A DNA stretch of 64,000 bases from Dehalococcoidia bacterium (lineage in GTDB: Bacteria > Chloroflexota > Dehalococcoidia > UBA2979). The stretch lies in contig CBDFIB010000004.1 in NCBI GenBank assembly GCA_965247925.1, forward strand, positions 1,862,844 to 1,926,843, given 5' to 3'. Of the stretch, positions 1-9,627 are shown piece after piece. The translations under genes were made by a program, and so were the position numbers. The notes under the pieces are model-generated. The model made no database searches. It was not told the origin of the DNA and saw only the letters and a program-made list of their open reading frames with translations. Each line of letters opens with the position of its first letter. Position 1 is the first letter of the stretch.

Positions 1-1843
1 CGAGCCCGACGTGTCGGCGGTGTTCGAGTGGCCCGCGCGCGTGCTCACGCACGGCACGGCGAAGGTCCTCTTCCGCGCCTACGCCTCCGGCGGCTACAAC
101 GACGCCGTCGAGATCAGCCTGCCCGTGCATCTGGACGTGACGCCGGAGACAACCGCGACCGGCGGCGTCGTCGAGGACACGCTGGCCGTCGAGGCGGTGT
201 ATCTCCCGGACTACGTGATCACGGAGACCGGCTCACTGGAGATCTCGGTCCAGGGCTCGCTGGTCGGCGCGCTCGACGACGAGTTGGGCTCCTTCGCGCC
301 GCATCCCTGGTCCGGGCGCGAGTCGAGCGTGCGCATCGCCAGCCGTGTCATCGCTGCCATTGCAGTGGAGCGAGGCACGGCCGGGGGCCTCAGCGCCCGC
401 TGGCAGAGCCAGCTCCGGGCCGACGTGACGGAGCTGATCAGCCGGCAGCGCTACGACGGAGGCTGGGCCTGGTGCCTGACCTGCCGCACAAGCCTGATGT
501 GCAGCGGCTGGGTGCTGATCGCGCTCGGAGAGGCGCGCGACGCCGGCTACTCCGTCCCGGACGAGGCGACGAAGCGCGCCACCCAGCTGATCACAAACCA
601 CGTGCATCGCAAGACCGATGTCCAGTACCCCTCGGACCCGAACCAGCACGCCTTCCTGCTGTACGCGCTGACCGACGCATCGAACCGAGGCGACACGACG
701 AGCACGCTCGCCCTGCAGCAGGCGGGCACGATGCGCGCGATCGTCGAGCAGCACCGCGCCAGCCTCACGAACTGGGGGCGTGCGTACCTGCTGCTCGGGC
801 TGCTCGCGACCGGCCACGAGGCGGACCACGAGCACGTGCGGAGCCTGCTCAACGACCTCACCGCGGACATCATCGCCAGCGCCAACGGCAACCACTGGCA
901 GGACGAGCGCGTCGGCGGCTCGATGCACAACGGCAGTGTGCGCACTACCGCGCTCGTGCTGCGCGCGCTCATCGAGGTCGATCCGAATCACCCGCTGATC
1001 GAGGAGACCGCACGCTGGCTCGCGCTCGCCCGGACGGCCGGCGACTGGAAGACGAGCGTCGGCATCGCCCAGGGCATGGCCTCGCTCGGCGCCTTCGCCG
1101 AGCTGACCGGCGAGCACCTGGGTCGGTACGACTACTCCGTCTGGCTCAACACCAGCGAGGTGCTCGACGGCGACTTCGACGTGCCCGCGCGCGACTACCT
1201 CGACGGCACGGAAATCGCGATCGCGGAGCTGCCACTGGGCGAAGTCAGCCGCGTCCAGTTCGAGCGCGAGGCCGGCACCGAGGGGCGGATGTACTACGGG
1301 CTCAACCTGCGCTACGTGACGCCAGCGAGCGAGATCGAGGCGCTCAACCGCGGCTTCGCGGTCTCACACCGCTACTCGCTGCTCGACGAGCCGGATGAGG
1401 CGATCAGCAGCGCCGCCATCGGCGACGTCGTGCGGGTGGAGCTGACGGTCATTGCGCCCACTGACCGCGTGTTCGCGAAGGTCGAGGACTTCCTGCCGGC
1501 AGGCCTGGAGCCGATCGACCCGCGGCTGAACATCGTGTCCGACGCCTTGCGCGAGCAGTTGCAGGCCGATCGCGCCGAGGCCCTGCGCGGGGATGCGCCC
1601 TCGTACTACGCGCCCTGGTACCGCTGGTACTACAGCCCGTGGGACCAGGTGGACCTGCGCGACGACCGGGTCGTGCTGCTCGCCGATCGCCTGCCGAAGG
1701 GCGTGCACCAGTACGTCTACTACGCCCGCGCGACGACGCCGGGTGACTTCTTCGTTGCCCCCACCCACGCCGAGGAGACCTTCTTCCCCGAGGTGTTCGG
1801 CCGCAGCGACAGCGGCCGCTTCACCGTCGTCGTAGGCGAGTAG
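1..1843 (+). CDS. alpha-2-macroglobulin family protein, C-terminal portion (5' end outside window)
   Basis: The 610-aa frame runs off the left edge of the window. The alpha-alpha toroid/thioester-region-like segment (CLTCRTSLMCSGW) and the C-terminal receptor-binding-like domain (MYYGLNLRYVTPASE...VRVELTVIAPTD) are characteristic of bacterial A2M proteins. Confidence 0.6.
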   Translation, partial: EPDVSAVFEWPARVLTHGTAKVLFRAYASGGYNDAVEISLPVHLDVTPETTATGGVVEDTLAVEAVYLPDYVITETGSLEISVQGSLVGALDDELGSFAPHPWSGRESSVRIASRVIAAIAVERGTAGGLSARWQSQLRADVTELISRQRYDGGWAWCLTCRTSLMCSGWVLIALGEARDAGYSVPDEATKRATQLITNHVHRKTDVQYPSDPNQHAFLLYALTDASNRGDTTSTLALQQAGTMRAIVEQHRASLTNWGRAYLLLGLLATGHEADHEHVRSLLNDLTADIIASANGNHWQDERVGGSMHNGSVRTTALVLRALIEVDPNHPLIEETARWLALARTAGDWKTSVGIAQGMASLGAFAELTGEHLGRYDYSVWLNTSEVLDGDFDVPARDYLDGTEIAIAELPLGEVSRVQFEREAGTEGRMYYGLNLRYVTPASEIEALNRGFAVSHRYSLLDEPDEAISSAAIGDVVRVELTVIAPTDRVFAKVEDFLPAGLEPIDPRLNIVSDALREQLQADRAEALRGDAPSYYAPWYRWYYSPWDQVDLRDDRVVLLADRLPKGVHQYVYYARATTPGDFFVAPTHAEETFFPEVFGRSDSGRFTVVVGE

Positions 1844-1876
1844 TCGGGTACGGACGGAGGCCTCGGCGCTCCCCGG

Positions 1877-2836
1877 TCAGCGCTGGACCTGCGGCAGCAC
1901 CCGCTCGGCGATCAGCTCGAGGGAGCCGAAGTCCGTCATTGCGTGGTGCTGCAGCATGATGCGCGTGATCCCGGCCTCCTCGCAGCGCCCAATCTGATCG
2001 ACGATGGCGTCGGGCGTGCCGATCAGCCAGCCCCGCGCCTCGAGGACGGCCAGCGTCTCCTCGAAGGACTGCTGCACCAGGGCGGGCGCCTGCACGGCGA
2101 TGCGCTCGAGGTGCGCGCGCTGCTCCGCCTCGTCGCGCCCGATCACGAAGCCCGCCATCTGCGAGTGGTGCACTTCGGAGGCGTCGCGCCCGGCCTCGTC
2201 ACAGTGTGCGGCAAGGACGCCGGCGAGGCGGCGGTACTCATCGAGGTCGATGCCCGCGAAGTTCCACTCCTGCGCGTAGCGGGCGGCCATCTGCAGGGTG
2301 CGCCGCTCGCCGCGGCCGCCGATCAGCAGCGGAAGCGGGCGCTGCAGCGGCTTCGGGTAGCAGAGCGCCTCGTGCAGCTGGTAGTAGCGCCCCTCGAACG
2401 TTGCGGGCTCGTCGCCGAGCAGCGCCAGCACGACCTGGATGCCTTCCTCGAGGCGGTCCATGCGCTCGCGCAGGCTGGGGAAGGGCAGGCCGAACGCCTC
2501 GTGCTCCCCGACGTTCCAGCCGGCGCCGACGCCGAGGACGAAGCGCCCTCCGCTGAGCTCGTCGAGCTGCGCCGCCATCCGAGCGAGCAGCGAAGGGTGC
2601 CGGAACGTCATCGAGGCGACCAGCGGCCCGAAGTGGATGCGCTCGCTCTCCTCGGCGGCGACGACGAAGGAGATGAAGGTCTCGAGTGCGTCACGATCGC
2701 GGGGGCCGGTGAGCGAGTGAAAGTGATCGGAGCGCCAGAGCGACTCGAAGCCCGCGTCCTCAGTGACGCGGACGATGCGCCGCCACAGCTCCCAGCCGAG
2801 CCCCTCCTGCCCCTCGATCATCACGCCCAGATCCAT
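1877..2836 (-). CDS. LLM-class F420-dependent oxidoreductase (luciferase-like monooxygenase family)
   Basis: 319 aa. It shows an N-terminal TIM-barrel LLM signature (FESLWRSDHF, GVGAGW) and the typical F420-dependent LLM architecture. Confidence 0.7.
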   Translation of the reverse strand: MDLGVMIEGQEGLGWELWRRIVRVTEDAGFESLWRSDHFHSLTGPRDRDALETFISFVVAAEESERIHFGPLVASMTFRHPSLLARMAAQLDELSGGRFVLGVGAGWNVGEHEAFGLPFPSLRERMDRLEEGIQVVLALLGDEPATFEGRYYQLHEALCYPKPLQRPLPLLIGGRGERRTLQMAARYAQEWNFAGIDLDEYRRLAGVLAAHCDEAGRDASEVHHSQMAGFVIGRDEAEQRAHLERIAVQAPALVQQSFEETLAVLEARGWLIGTPDAIVDQIGRCEEAGITRIMLQHHAMTDFGSLELIAERVLPQVQR

Positions 2837-2871
2837 TGCAGTCCCTCCGTCGCGGCGCCGACGGTCCGGCG

Positions 2872-3165
2872 CTACCCGCTCTTCACGAGTGCGCTTCGGG
2901 CCAGGACGAGCCGGTACTCAAGCTCGAGCCCGAGCCAGATGTGAGCCGGCGTAGAGAGGACCGGCTCAAGCTGCAGTGCGGTTTCTGCAGTGATCGCCTT
3001 CTTGCCCCGGATGATCTCGTTCACGGCCTGCCGGGGCCGGCCGAGACGCCTCGCGAGTTCGGCCTGACTCATCCCGGTCTCCTCCAGGTGTTCGCGCAGG
3101 AACTCACCCGGTGGGATGGGCATGTCCGAGTGCAGGCGCGGGGTCGTCGTAGGCGTGCTGGCCAT
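2872..3165 (-). CDS. higA: HigA-family antitoxin-like HTH (XRE) protein, orphan
   Basis: 97 aa with PGEFLREHLEETGMSQAELARRLGRPRQAVNEIIRGKKAITAETALQLE, the classic HigA/VapI HTH_3 antidote core. The real start is probably an internal Met near 3123. No higB-like ORF sits next to it. Confidence 0.65.
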   Translation of the reverse strand: MASTPTTTPRLHSDMPIPPGEFLREHLEETGMSQAELARRLGRPRQAVNEIIRGKKAITAETALQLEPVLSTPAHIWLGLELEYRLVLARSALVKSG

Positions 3166-3172
3166 GGCTACG

Positions 3173-4326
3173 CTACCCGTTCCCGAGGATTAGGGTGGAC
3201 GTGCCGGAGAACATGCCGGCCGGAGCGTGGGTCATGCTCAGCTCGAGGTCGGGGAGCTGGCGCTCGCCGGCCTCGCCGCGCAGCTGCGTGACCGACTCCA
3301 TGATCGCGAACATGCCGTACATGCCGGTGTGCGTGTAGGAGAGCCCGCCGCCGTTGGTGTTGATCGGCAGCTCGCCGCCGGGCGCGCTGCGCATCTCCGC
3401 GAAGTAGGGGCCGCCCTCGCCCGGCTGCACGAAGCCGAGCGCCTCGAGGGCGTAGACGGGACGTGCGTGAAGGCGTCGTAGAGCATCAGGTGGCGGATCG
3501 CCGAGTGGTCGAGGCCGGCCATCGCGAACGCGTCGGCGCCGGTCTGCTTCGCGGGCGTCCATTCCGTCATGTCGTCCATGAAGCTGACCGCCAGATGCGC
3601 GGTCGCCTCGCCGCGTCCGAGCAGCCAGACGGGCGGCTTCGGGAAGTCGCGCGCGCGTTCCTCGCTGACCAGCACCAGCGCGCCGCCGCCGTCGGTAACC
3701 AGGCAGCAGTTGAGCAGGCGCAGCGGCCAGGCGATCACGCGCGAGTTGAGCACGTCCTCGACGTTGATCGGGTCGCGCATCATCGCGCGAGGGTTGAGCG
3801 TCGCCCAGCGCCGTGTCGCCACGGCGACGGCGGCGAACTGCTCCTCGGTGCTGCCGAAGCGATGCATGTGCCGCACCTGCGGGATCGAGAACATGCTCGG
3901 CGGGCCCCAGATGCCGAATGGCTCCTCGAACTGCCCGGCGATGCTCGAGGGCCCGCTGTCGCGCGGAGGCATGCCGATGCGCGAACGGCCCGACTCGCCG
4001 TGCGTGATCAGCACCGTGTCGCAGTAGCCGGCCTCGATGGCTGCCGCCGCGTGGCCGACGTGCATGAGGAACGAGCCGCCGCCCACCGCCGTGCCATCCA
4101 CCCAGCGCGGCGTGATGTGCAGGTACTCCGTGAGCTGCGCCGGCGTGATGCCTGCCGTCGCGACGCCGTCGACGTCGTCCTCGGTCAGCCCCGCGTCGGC
4201 GAGGGCGAGCCGGGCCGCCTCGGCGTGCAGCTGGATCATCGAGCGGTCGGGCAGGATACCGATCTCGGCCGTCTCCGAGGCGCCGACGATCGCGACCTTG
4301 CGGCTGATGCGGCTCGCTTCGGGCAT
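3173..4326 (-). pseudogene. thiolase-like protein (SCP-x / lipid-transfer type), frameshifted
   Basis: Two overlapping minus-strand frames together give a full thiolase. The N-terminal 362-aa frame reads ...LMLYDAFTHVP and then turns to junk. The second frame (3173..3562) carries the thiolase C-terminal signature PVYALEALGFVQPGEGG...NTNGGGLSYTHTGMYGM. A single missing G near 3460 (ccg-tc versus ccg-gtc) joins them. Confidence 0.7.
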
Positions 4327-4340
4327 GGTCGGCTCCTCGC

Positions 4341-4760
4341 CTACGTCCTGAGCGGCCGGAACTTCGGGAGCGTCACCTCATCGGTGACGGCATCGAAGAC
4401 GATCTCCAGCGGCATGTCGACGATCAGCGCCTCGGGCGTCGGCTCCACCTCGACGAGGTTGGTCATCATCCGCGGGCCCTCGTCCAGTTCGACGACGGCG
4501 ATCACGAAAGGCGTGTCCTCGGCGAAGCCGCCGAAGCCGCGATGCGAGATCACGTAGGTGTGGAGCTTCGCGCGGTCGGAGACGGTCTCCCACTGCACGT
4601 TCCCGGAGCGGCAGCCCGGGTGCGGGCAGAAGGGGCGGGGGAAGAAGTAGAAGCGATCGCAGTCGAGGCAGCGCTGGATGCGTAGCTCGTGCCTCTTCAG
4701 GCCGTCCCAGAACTCCTGCGTCTCCGGCGTCGGCTGTGGCAGCGGCTTGTCGTAGGCCAT
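4341..4760 (-). CDS. DUF35 family Zn-ribbon/OB-fold protein (thiolase partner)
   Basis: About 139 aa at the end of the 4341..5348 frame, starting MAYDKPLPQPTPETQEFWDG. It has a C4 zinc ribbon (CLDCDRFYFFPRPFCPHPGC) followed by an OB fold. DUF35 genes typically pair with SCP-x thiolases, as here. Confidence 0.7.
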   Translation of the reverse strand: MAYDKPLPQPTPETQEFWDGLKRHELRIQRCLDCDRFYFFPRPFCPHPGCRSGNVQWETVSDRAKLHTYVISHRGFGGFAEDTPFVIAVVELDEGPRMMTNLVEVEPTPEALIVDMPLEIVFDAVTDEVTLPKFRPLRT

Positions 4761-4795
4761 CGTCTCCTCAGGTCCGGCGACGCCGTCGCTGCTGG

Positions 4796-5401
4796 TCAGT
4801 CTCCGAGGACCGTCTCGTAGCCGAGGGAGCGGATCTCCTCGACATACTCGGCGCGCCAGCCGGCCGCCGGGATGCGGCGATGCAGGTCGCGGAACTCGCG
4901 GTGGTAGCGCAGGTACTCCTCCTCGAGCCGCCGGCGCCACTCCGACTCCTCGCGGTAGGCGTCCGGGTCGACCTCCTCGAGGCGGCGGTCGAAGCTCTCC
5001 TCGTCGAGGTCGAACTCGTCGCGCCAGTACTCCGCGAGGTAGTCGAGCGAGTCCTCGAGGTCGCGGCGGCAGTCGAGCATGTAGGTCTCGAGCAGCTGGC
5101 CCGCGTCGGCAGTGGAGCCGCGCAGGCGCTCGGAGCGCGCGCAGTCCTCGCAGAGCGCGACGAGCTTGCGTGCCTCGCAAGCGTCGCCGCGCGGGCAGTT
5201 GTGGTGCCGTGGTGCGAAGGGCGAAAGCTCGGGCTTGCGGGAGTAGCCGACGACGAGCGCCTCGAAGTCGGTCTGGCAGCGCGGGCAGGTGAGCCGCCGC
5301 GCGAAGATCTGGTTGATCGCCTCTTCCCAGTTGATGCGCACCCCACACTCCTCCGCGCGCTCGGGCTTCCCGGATGGTACGCCCGGCCCGGGCACTGTCA
5401 A
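4796..5401 (-). CDS. hypothetical protein, N-terminal Cys-rich zinc-ribbon-like region and highly acidic helical C-terminus
   Basis: 201 aa with CPRC, HHNCPRGDAC and CEDC motifs, then a D/E/R-rich tail. The codon usage matches the genome. I recognise no family. The start is uncertain. Confidence 0.45.
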   Translation of the reverse strand: MTVPGPGVPSGKPERAEECGVRINWEEAINQIFARRLTCPRCQTDFEALVVGYSRKPELSPFAPRHHNCPRGDACEARKLVALCEDCARSERLRGSTADAGQLLETYMLDCRRDLEDSLDYLAEYWRDEFDLDEESFDRRLEEVDPDAYREESEWRRRLEEEYLRYHREFRDLHRRIPAAGWRAEYVEEIRSLGYETVLGD

Positions 5402-5479
5402 CGCGGCCCGACTACCGCGAGGGTGCTACCCGCCGGGCAGACCGCCGAACGGCGCCTCGCGAGCGCATGATGGCCGCCT

Positions 5480-6067
5480 ATGAGCGTGTACCATGACGGT
5501 GCATGGGAGCGAACAGCGATGACGGCGACCGAAACGAAGCTGCTGACCGCCGACGAACTGCTGCGGCTCTACAGCAAGGGTGAGCGCGGCGAGTTGATCT
5601 GGGGCGTGTTTTGCGAGACGGAGCCGGAGGGGGCCGAGCATGGCCGCGTGCTGGCCACTCTGGGCGCGCTGCTGGCCAGCTTCGTCCAAACCCGCCGGCT
5701 GGGGCGGTTGGCCATGGGATCCGGGATCTGGCTCGACCACGACCCGGACACGGTGCGCAAGGCCGACATCGCGTACTTCGCGCCGGGGCGGCTGGACGGG
5801 CGCGTGACCGGCTACGCTGAGGTTCTCCCCGACCTCGTGGCCGAGGTCGAGTCCTTCACAGACGGCCGCAACGCGATTTTCGACAAGTCGCATATGTGGC
5901 TGTCCAGCGGCGTGCGCCTCGCGTGGGCCGTGTATCCCGAGTCGCGCACGGTCGCCGTGCACCGGCCGGGCGAACGCCGCGTGATGCTCGCCGCCGCCGA
6001 CGACCTGGATGGCGAGGACGTGCTGCCCGGCTTCAGCTGCCCCGTGAGCGCTGTGTTCGACGAGTAG
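5480..6067 (+). CDS. Uma2 family endonuclease (DUF820)
   Basis: 195 aa with LLTADELLRLYSKGERGELIWGV...EVLPDLVAEVES...DKSHMWLSSGVRLAWAVYP, the typical Uma2/putative restriction endonuclease fold. The start is possibly the Met near 5519. Confidence 0.65.
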   Translation: MSVYHDGAWERTAMTATETKLLTADELLRLYSKGERGELIWGVFCETEPEGAEHGRVLATLGALLASFVQTRRLGRLAMGSGIWLDHDPDTVRKADIAYFAPGRLDGRVTGYAEVLPDLVAEVESFTDGRNAIFDKSHMWLSSGVRLAWAVYPESRTVAVHRPGERRVMLAAADDLDGEDVLPGFSCPVSAVFDE

Positions 6068-6103
6068 CGCAGCCCGCAACGTGGCCCGGCTGCTGCGAGG
6101 GCG

Positions 6104-6622
6104 CTACCCGCCGGGCTCTCCCGCGCCCAGATCGCGCTCGTAGCTGCCGGACTGGCCGGGCATCTCCTCTACCTCGACGGCGATGCGCGCGAGGTTGTCT
6201 GCGCCCTCGGCTGCGAGGCCGGCAATGACGACCTCGCAGAGCCACTGCGCGATCAGCTCGGCGGTGCTGTTCTTGATCGGCAGCACGGCGACGTCGGCGG
6301 CCGGGAAGCGGTACTCGCTGTCGCCGAAGCGCACGATCCATGCGTCCGCCCGCTCCTCGATGTCGAGCAGATTCGAGTCGCGCTGGAGCAGGAAGCGGTG
6401 ATCGAGGCGCTCGCAGGCCTCGCGCGCGAGGCGCTTGAGCATGCTGAAGTCGATCACCCAGTGGTCCGAGGTCAGCGCGCCCTCGACGCGGCAGCGCACG
6501 ATGTAGTTGTGTCCGTGCAGCGGCTCCAGCTCGTCACCGAGCGTGGCCATGTGCGCGGCGGCGAAGCGCAGCCGCACGCCCTCGACGGTGACCGCGCGCC
6601 GCTCCGCGCCTGCCTCGCTCAT
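6104..6622 (-). CDS. 6-pyruvoyl-tetrahydropterin synthase family protein (QueD/PTPS-like)
   Basis: It has EPLHGHNY and VIDFSMLKR motifs with the PTPS fold spacing. The start is probably the internal Met (MSEAG) rather than 6640. No catalytic Cys is obvious upstream of HGH, so it may be a variant subfamily. Confidence 0.6.
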   Translation of the reverse strand: MSEAGAERRAVTVEGVRLRFAAAHMATLGDELEPLHGHNYIVRCRVEGALTSDHWVIDFSMLKRLAREACERLDHRFLLQRDSNLLDIEERADAWIVRFGDSEYRFPAADVAVLPIKNSTAELIAQWLCEVVIAGLAAEGADNLARIAVEVEEMPGQSGSYERDLGAGEPGG

Positions 6623-6712
6623 CGGGGGGTGTCGGGCCATCGCGTCGCCCGCGCAACGAACGAGGGCAGCCGCGCGGCTGCCCTCGTCACGTTCACTACT
6701 CGCTGCGTGTGC

Positions 6713-7585
6713 TCAGACGGCGACCATGTCGAGCAGCTGGTCGACGCTGCGCTCCTTGACGCGCAGACGCTGCTTCGCCTCGACCAGGCGCTGGTGCATC
6801 GGCACGCTGTCGATCGCGCGGTGCAGCACGCCGACCGGGATGCCGTCCTGGCGGACGAGATCAAGGGCGGCGGCGAGGTTGGACGGGTCGTGGCTCTCCG
6901 GGATGTCCCAGGCGCCGGGGTCGATGCCCTTGGCCGGGTTGCCCTTCAGCGCCTCGTAGGTGTCGTTGTAGGTCGTGCAGGGCGACTGCACGTGGACGAT
7001 GGAGAAGCCCGGGTACTCCATCGCCTCGCCGATTTGCCGCGCCAGTACACGCGGCTGCGTCGAGATCGCGGAGACGATGAACGGCACGCCGTACGAGAGG
7101 TACAGCAGCAGCGGGTTCACCGGGTCGTCGAGCTTGCCGTAGGGCGTGGTCGGCGTGATCTGACCGAACTCGGTGGTCGGCGAGGCCTGACCCTTGGTCA
7201 GCCCGTAGACCCCGTTGTCCATGATGATGCAGGTCACATCAAGGTTGCGCTTCGCCGCCGGGGCGATGTGCTCGCCGCCGATGCTGAGGAAGTCGCCGTC
7301 GCCGGCCACGACCACCACGTTGAGGTCAGGCCGCGCCGACTTCACGCCGAGCGCGATCGGCAGCGTCCGGCCGTGGATGCCGTGGATGCCGAATGGCTGC
7401 GGGCCCTCCTGCAGATGCACGAGGTTCCCCGAGCAGCCGATGCCGGCGACCATCACGATCTCCTCGATCGGGCGGTTGACGGTGTTGACCCACTCCGCGA
7501 GCGAGAGCTCGACGGCGCGCACCACCGCGAAGTCCCCGCAGCCCGGGCACCACTTGAAGTCGTATTCGGGATTGCGCTTGGTCAT
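6713..7585 (-). CDS. korB: 2-oxoacid:ferredoxin oxidoreductase beta subunit (TPP-binding)
   Basis: It starts MTKRNPEYDFKWCPGCGDF and carries GDGDFLSIGG TPP motifs. The ATG at 7585..7583 overlaps the korA stop (ATGA), which suggests translational coupling. Confidence 0.8.
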   Translation of the reverse strand: MTKRNPEYDFKWCPGCGDFAVVRAVELSLAEWVNTVNRPIEEIVMVAGIGCSGNLVHLQEGPQPFGIHGIHGRTLPIALGVKSARPDLNVVVVAGDGDFLSIGGEHIAPAAKRNLDVTCIIMDNGVYGLTKGQASPTTEFGQITPTTPYGKLDDPVNPLLLYLSYGVPFIVSAISTQPRVLARQIGEAMEYPGFSIVHVQSPCTTYNDTYEALKGNPAKGIDPGAWDIPESHDPSNLAAALDLVRQDGIPVGVLHRAIDSVPMHQRLVEAKQRLRVKERSVDQLLDMVAV

Positions 7586-9288
7586 ACCTGAGCCAGCCTT
7601 CCGGCGCCGCAGCGCTCCTGGACTCGTTCGACGAGGCTTCTCACCTTGAACGGCAACCCCGTGAACTGCGTGAGTGACTCCGCAGACACATATTGTTGCC
7701 GCAAGACACTTGAGAACTGCCCGAGATAGTTGAGCTCGGGCACCAATACCAGCTCCCGGCTCTGAAGGTGCTCGAGCAGGGCCGGGGGCAGCGGGTTGAG
7801 GTACATCGTGTAGCACCAGCCGATGTCCACGCCGGCCGCGCGCAGCTCCTCGTAGGCCGCGCGCGCCGCGCCCTTGGAGCCGCCCCACGGCATCAGCACC
7901 ACCGGCGAGTCCATGTTCTCTGCTTCGTAGTCGCCGTCCTCGAGGATCTTGAGCTTGTTGAAGCGGCGCGCGGTCATCGTCGGGTGCGTGTCCGGCTGGT
8001 GAACCGTGTCGCCCTGCTCGTCGTGCTCCGAGGCATTTGCGATGTAGGCGCCGGGCCCGCCCGGCACGGGGAACGGCGTGACGCCGCCTCCGGCGTAGCG
8101 GCGGTTGCCAATCGAGCCGTCTGAGACGACGCGGTGCTCGACGACGGCGTCGGCGGGGTTGGGGCGCGGGATGTCCTGCGCGCGCTCGGCGAGCTGCATC
8201 TCACTGAGCACGATCACGGGGCCCTGGTACCGCTCGGCCCAGTTGAGGCCCATGATGCCGGCCGTCCAGCACTCCACGACGGTGCCCGGCGCGATCACCG
8301 GCAGCCGCAGGTCGCCGTGGCCGGGGTTGAGGCAGGCCAGCAGGTCGGATTGCTCCGTCTTCGTCGGCAGGCCCGTCGCGGGGCCGCCACGCTGCACGTC
8401 GACCACGACGCAGGGGATCTCCGCCATCCAGGCGAAGCCGAGGCCCTCGCCCATCAGGCTGAGGCCCGGACCGGCTGTCGAGGTCATCGCCTTTCTGCCG
8501 GCGTAGCCCGCACCGATGATCGTCGAGATCGACTCGATCTCGGAACTCGCCTGGACGACCGCCTTGCCTTCGCCGACGAGGTGGTCCTCCATGAACACGA
8601 GAATCGTCGTCGCCGGCGAGATCGGGTAGCCGACGAAGATGTCGAGGCCCGAAGTGATCGCCCCGAGCGAAAGCAGGTCGTTGCCCTTGATGACGACGCG
8701 CGGGCCGTTCTCGGCCGGCGGCTCGTCGAGGTCGGAGACCTTGAAGCCGGTGCGCTCGATCTCCTGAACGCCGAGCTTCAGCGCCTCGATGTTGGCGTCG
8801 ATGATCTGCTGGTCGTTGTCGCGACCGCGGGTGAAGCGCTCGCGGATGAAGTCCTCGAAGTACTCGGGGGGCATCCCGCCGAGGGCGGCGACCGCGCCGA
8901 TCACGACCATGTTGGCCGCGCGCGGGTTGCCGGTGGAGCGCGCCAGCTCGTCGACGGCGATGCCGACGGTGCTGCCGTTGGTGTCGAGGTCGACGTCCTC
9001 GGAGTTGTAGACGAGCACCCCGCCGTCACGCAGTTCGGAGATGTGGCTCTCGTAGGCCTCGCTGTTGAGCACCACGAGGATGTCGAGGGCGTCGCCGTCG
9101 TGCTGGATCGGATTGGTGGAGATGCGGGTCTGCGCCCAGGTGGGGCCGCCCTTGATCTGCGAGGGATAGGTGGAATAGGTCTGCACATGGTAGCCGACGC
9201 GGCCGGCTGCCTGCGCGAGCCCCTCGGCTGCCGTGACCTGTCCCTGGCCACCTTCACCTGCGAACCGGACGATCAGGTCTGTACTCAT
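7582..9288 (-). CDS. korA: 2-oxoacid:ferredoxin oxidoreductase alpha subunit (fused gamma-alpha)
   Basis: 568 aa. An N-terminal gamma-like domain (GEGGQGQVTAAEGLAQAA) is followed by an alpha domain. It lies directly upstream of korB. Confidence 0.8.
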   Translation of the reverse strand: MSTDLIVRFAGEGGQGQVTAAEGLAQAAGRVGYHVQTYSTYPSQIKGGPTWAQTRISTNPIQHDGDALDILVVLNSEAYESHISELRDGGVLVYNSEDVDLDTNGSTVGIAVDELARSTGNPRAANMVVIGAVAALGGMPPEYFEDFIRERFTRGRDNDQQIIDANIEALKLGVQEIERTGFKVSDLDEPPAENGPRVVIKGNDLLSLGAITSGLDIFVGYPISPATTILVFMEDHLVGEGKAVVQASSEIESISTIIGAGYAGRKAMTSTAGPGLSLMGEGLGFAWMAEIPCVVVDVQRGGPATGLPTKTEQSDLLACLNPGHGDLRLPVIAPGTVVECWTAGIMGLNWAERYQGPVIVLSEMQLAERAQDIPRPNPADAVVEHRVVSDGSIGNRRYAGGGVTPFPVPGGPGAYIANASEHDEQGDTVHQPDTHPTMTARRFNKLKILEDGDYEAENMDSPVVLMPWGGSKGAARAAYEELRAAGVDIGWCYTMYLNPLPPALLEHLQSRELVLVPELNYLGQFSSVLRQQYVSAESLTQFTGLPFKVRSLVERVQERCGAGRLAQV

Positions 9289-9627
9289 CTGTCCTCATCC
9301 CGGAGGCGCGTCTGGGCGACCTCGGAGCCATTCGGGCGGGGAGCCAGGGGGGCCGACCGCGCGCGAGGGTACACCGATCGGCAATGCCGGAGCGACGTAC
9401 GCCTTGCGCGTGGTGTGTGGCCTGTGATCCGGAGTGCCGTCATCGGTGGCGCCCGGCCTCGCGATTATCCTGGGGAGGTTCCCGCTGCATCGTACGCGAT
9501 GCTTCCAGATAAGGAGTATCGTTCCCGCGTACGGCTATGTTCAACTGTCCGGGCCGCTCGCTCCCCACCCATGGCGCAATTCGCGTGAGTGAGCTTATCC
9601 ACCGGAATCTACGACGCGTCAACAGCG

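Noticed and set aside
28-1398. 456-aa plus-strand ORF overlapping the A2M gene in another frame
   Set aside because: It is a highly Arg/Gly/Pro-rich junk frame. The A2M frame has recognisable domains.
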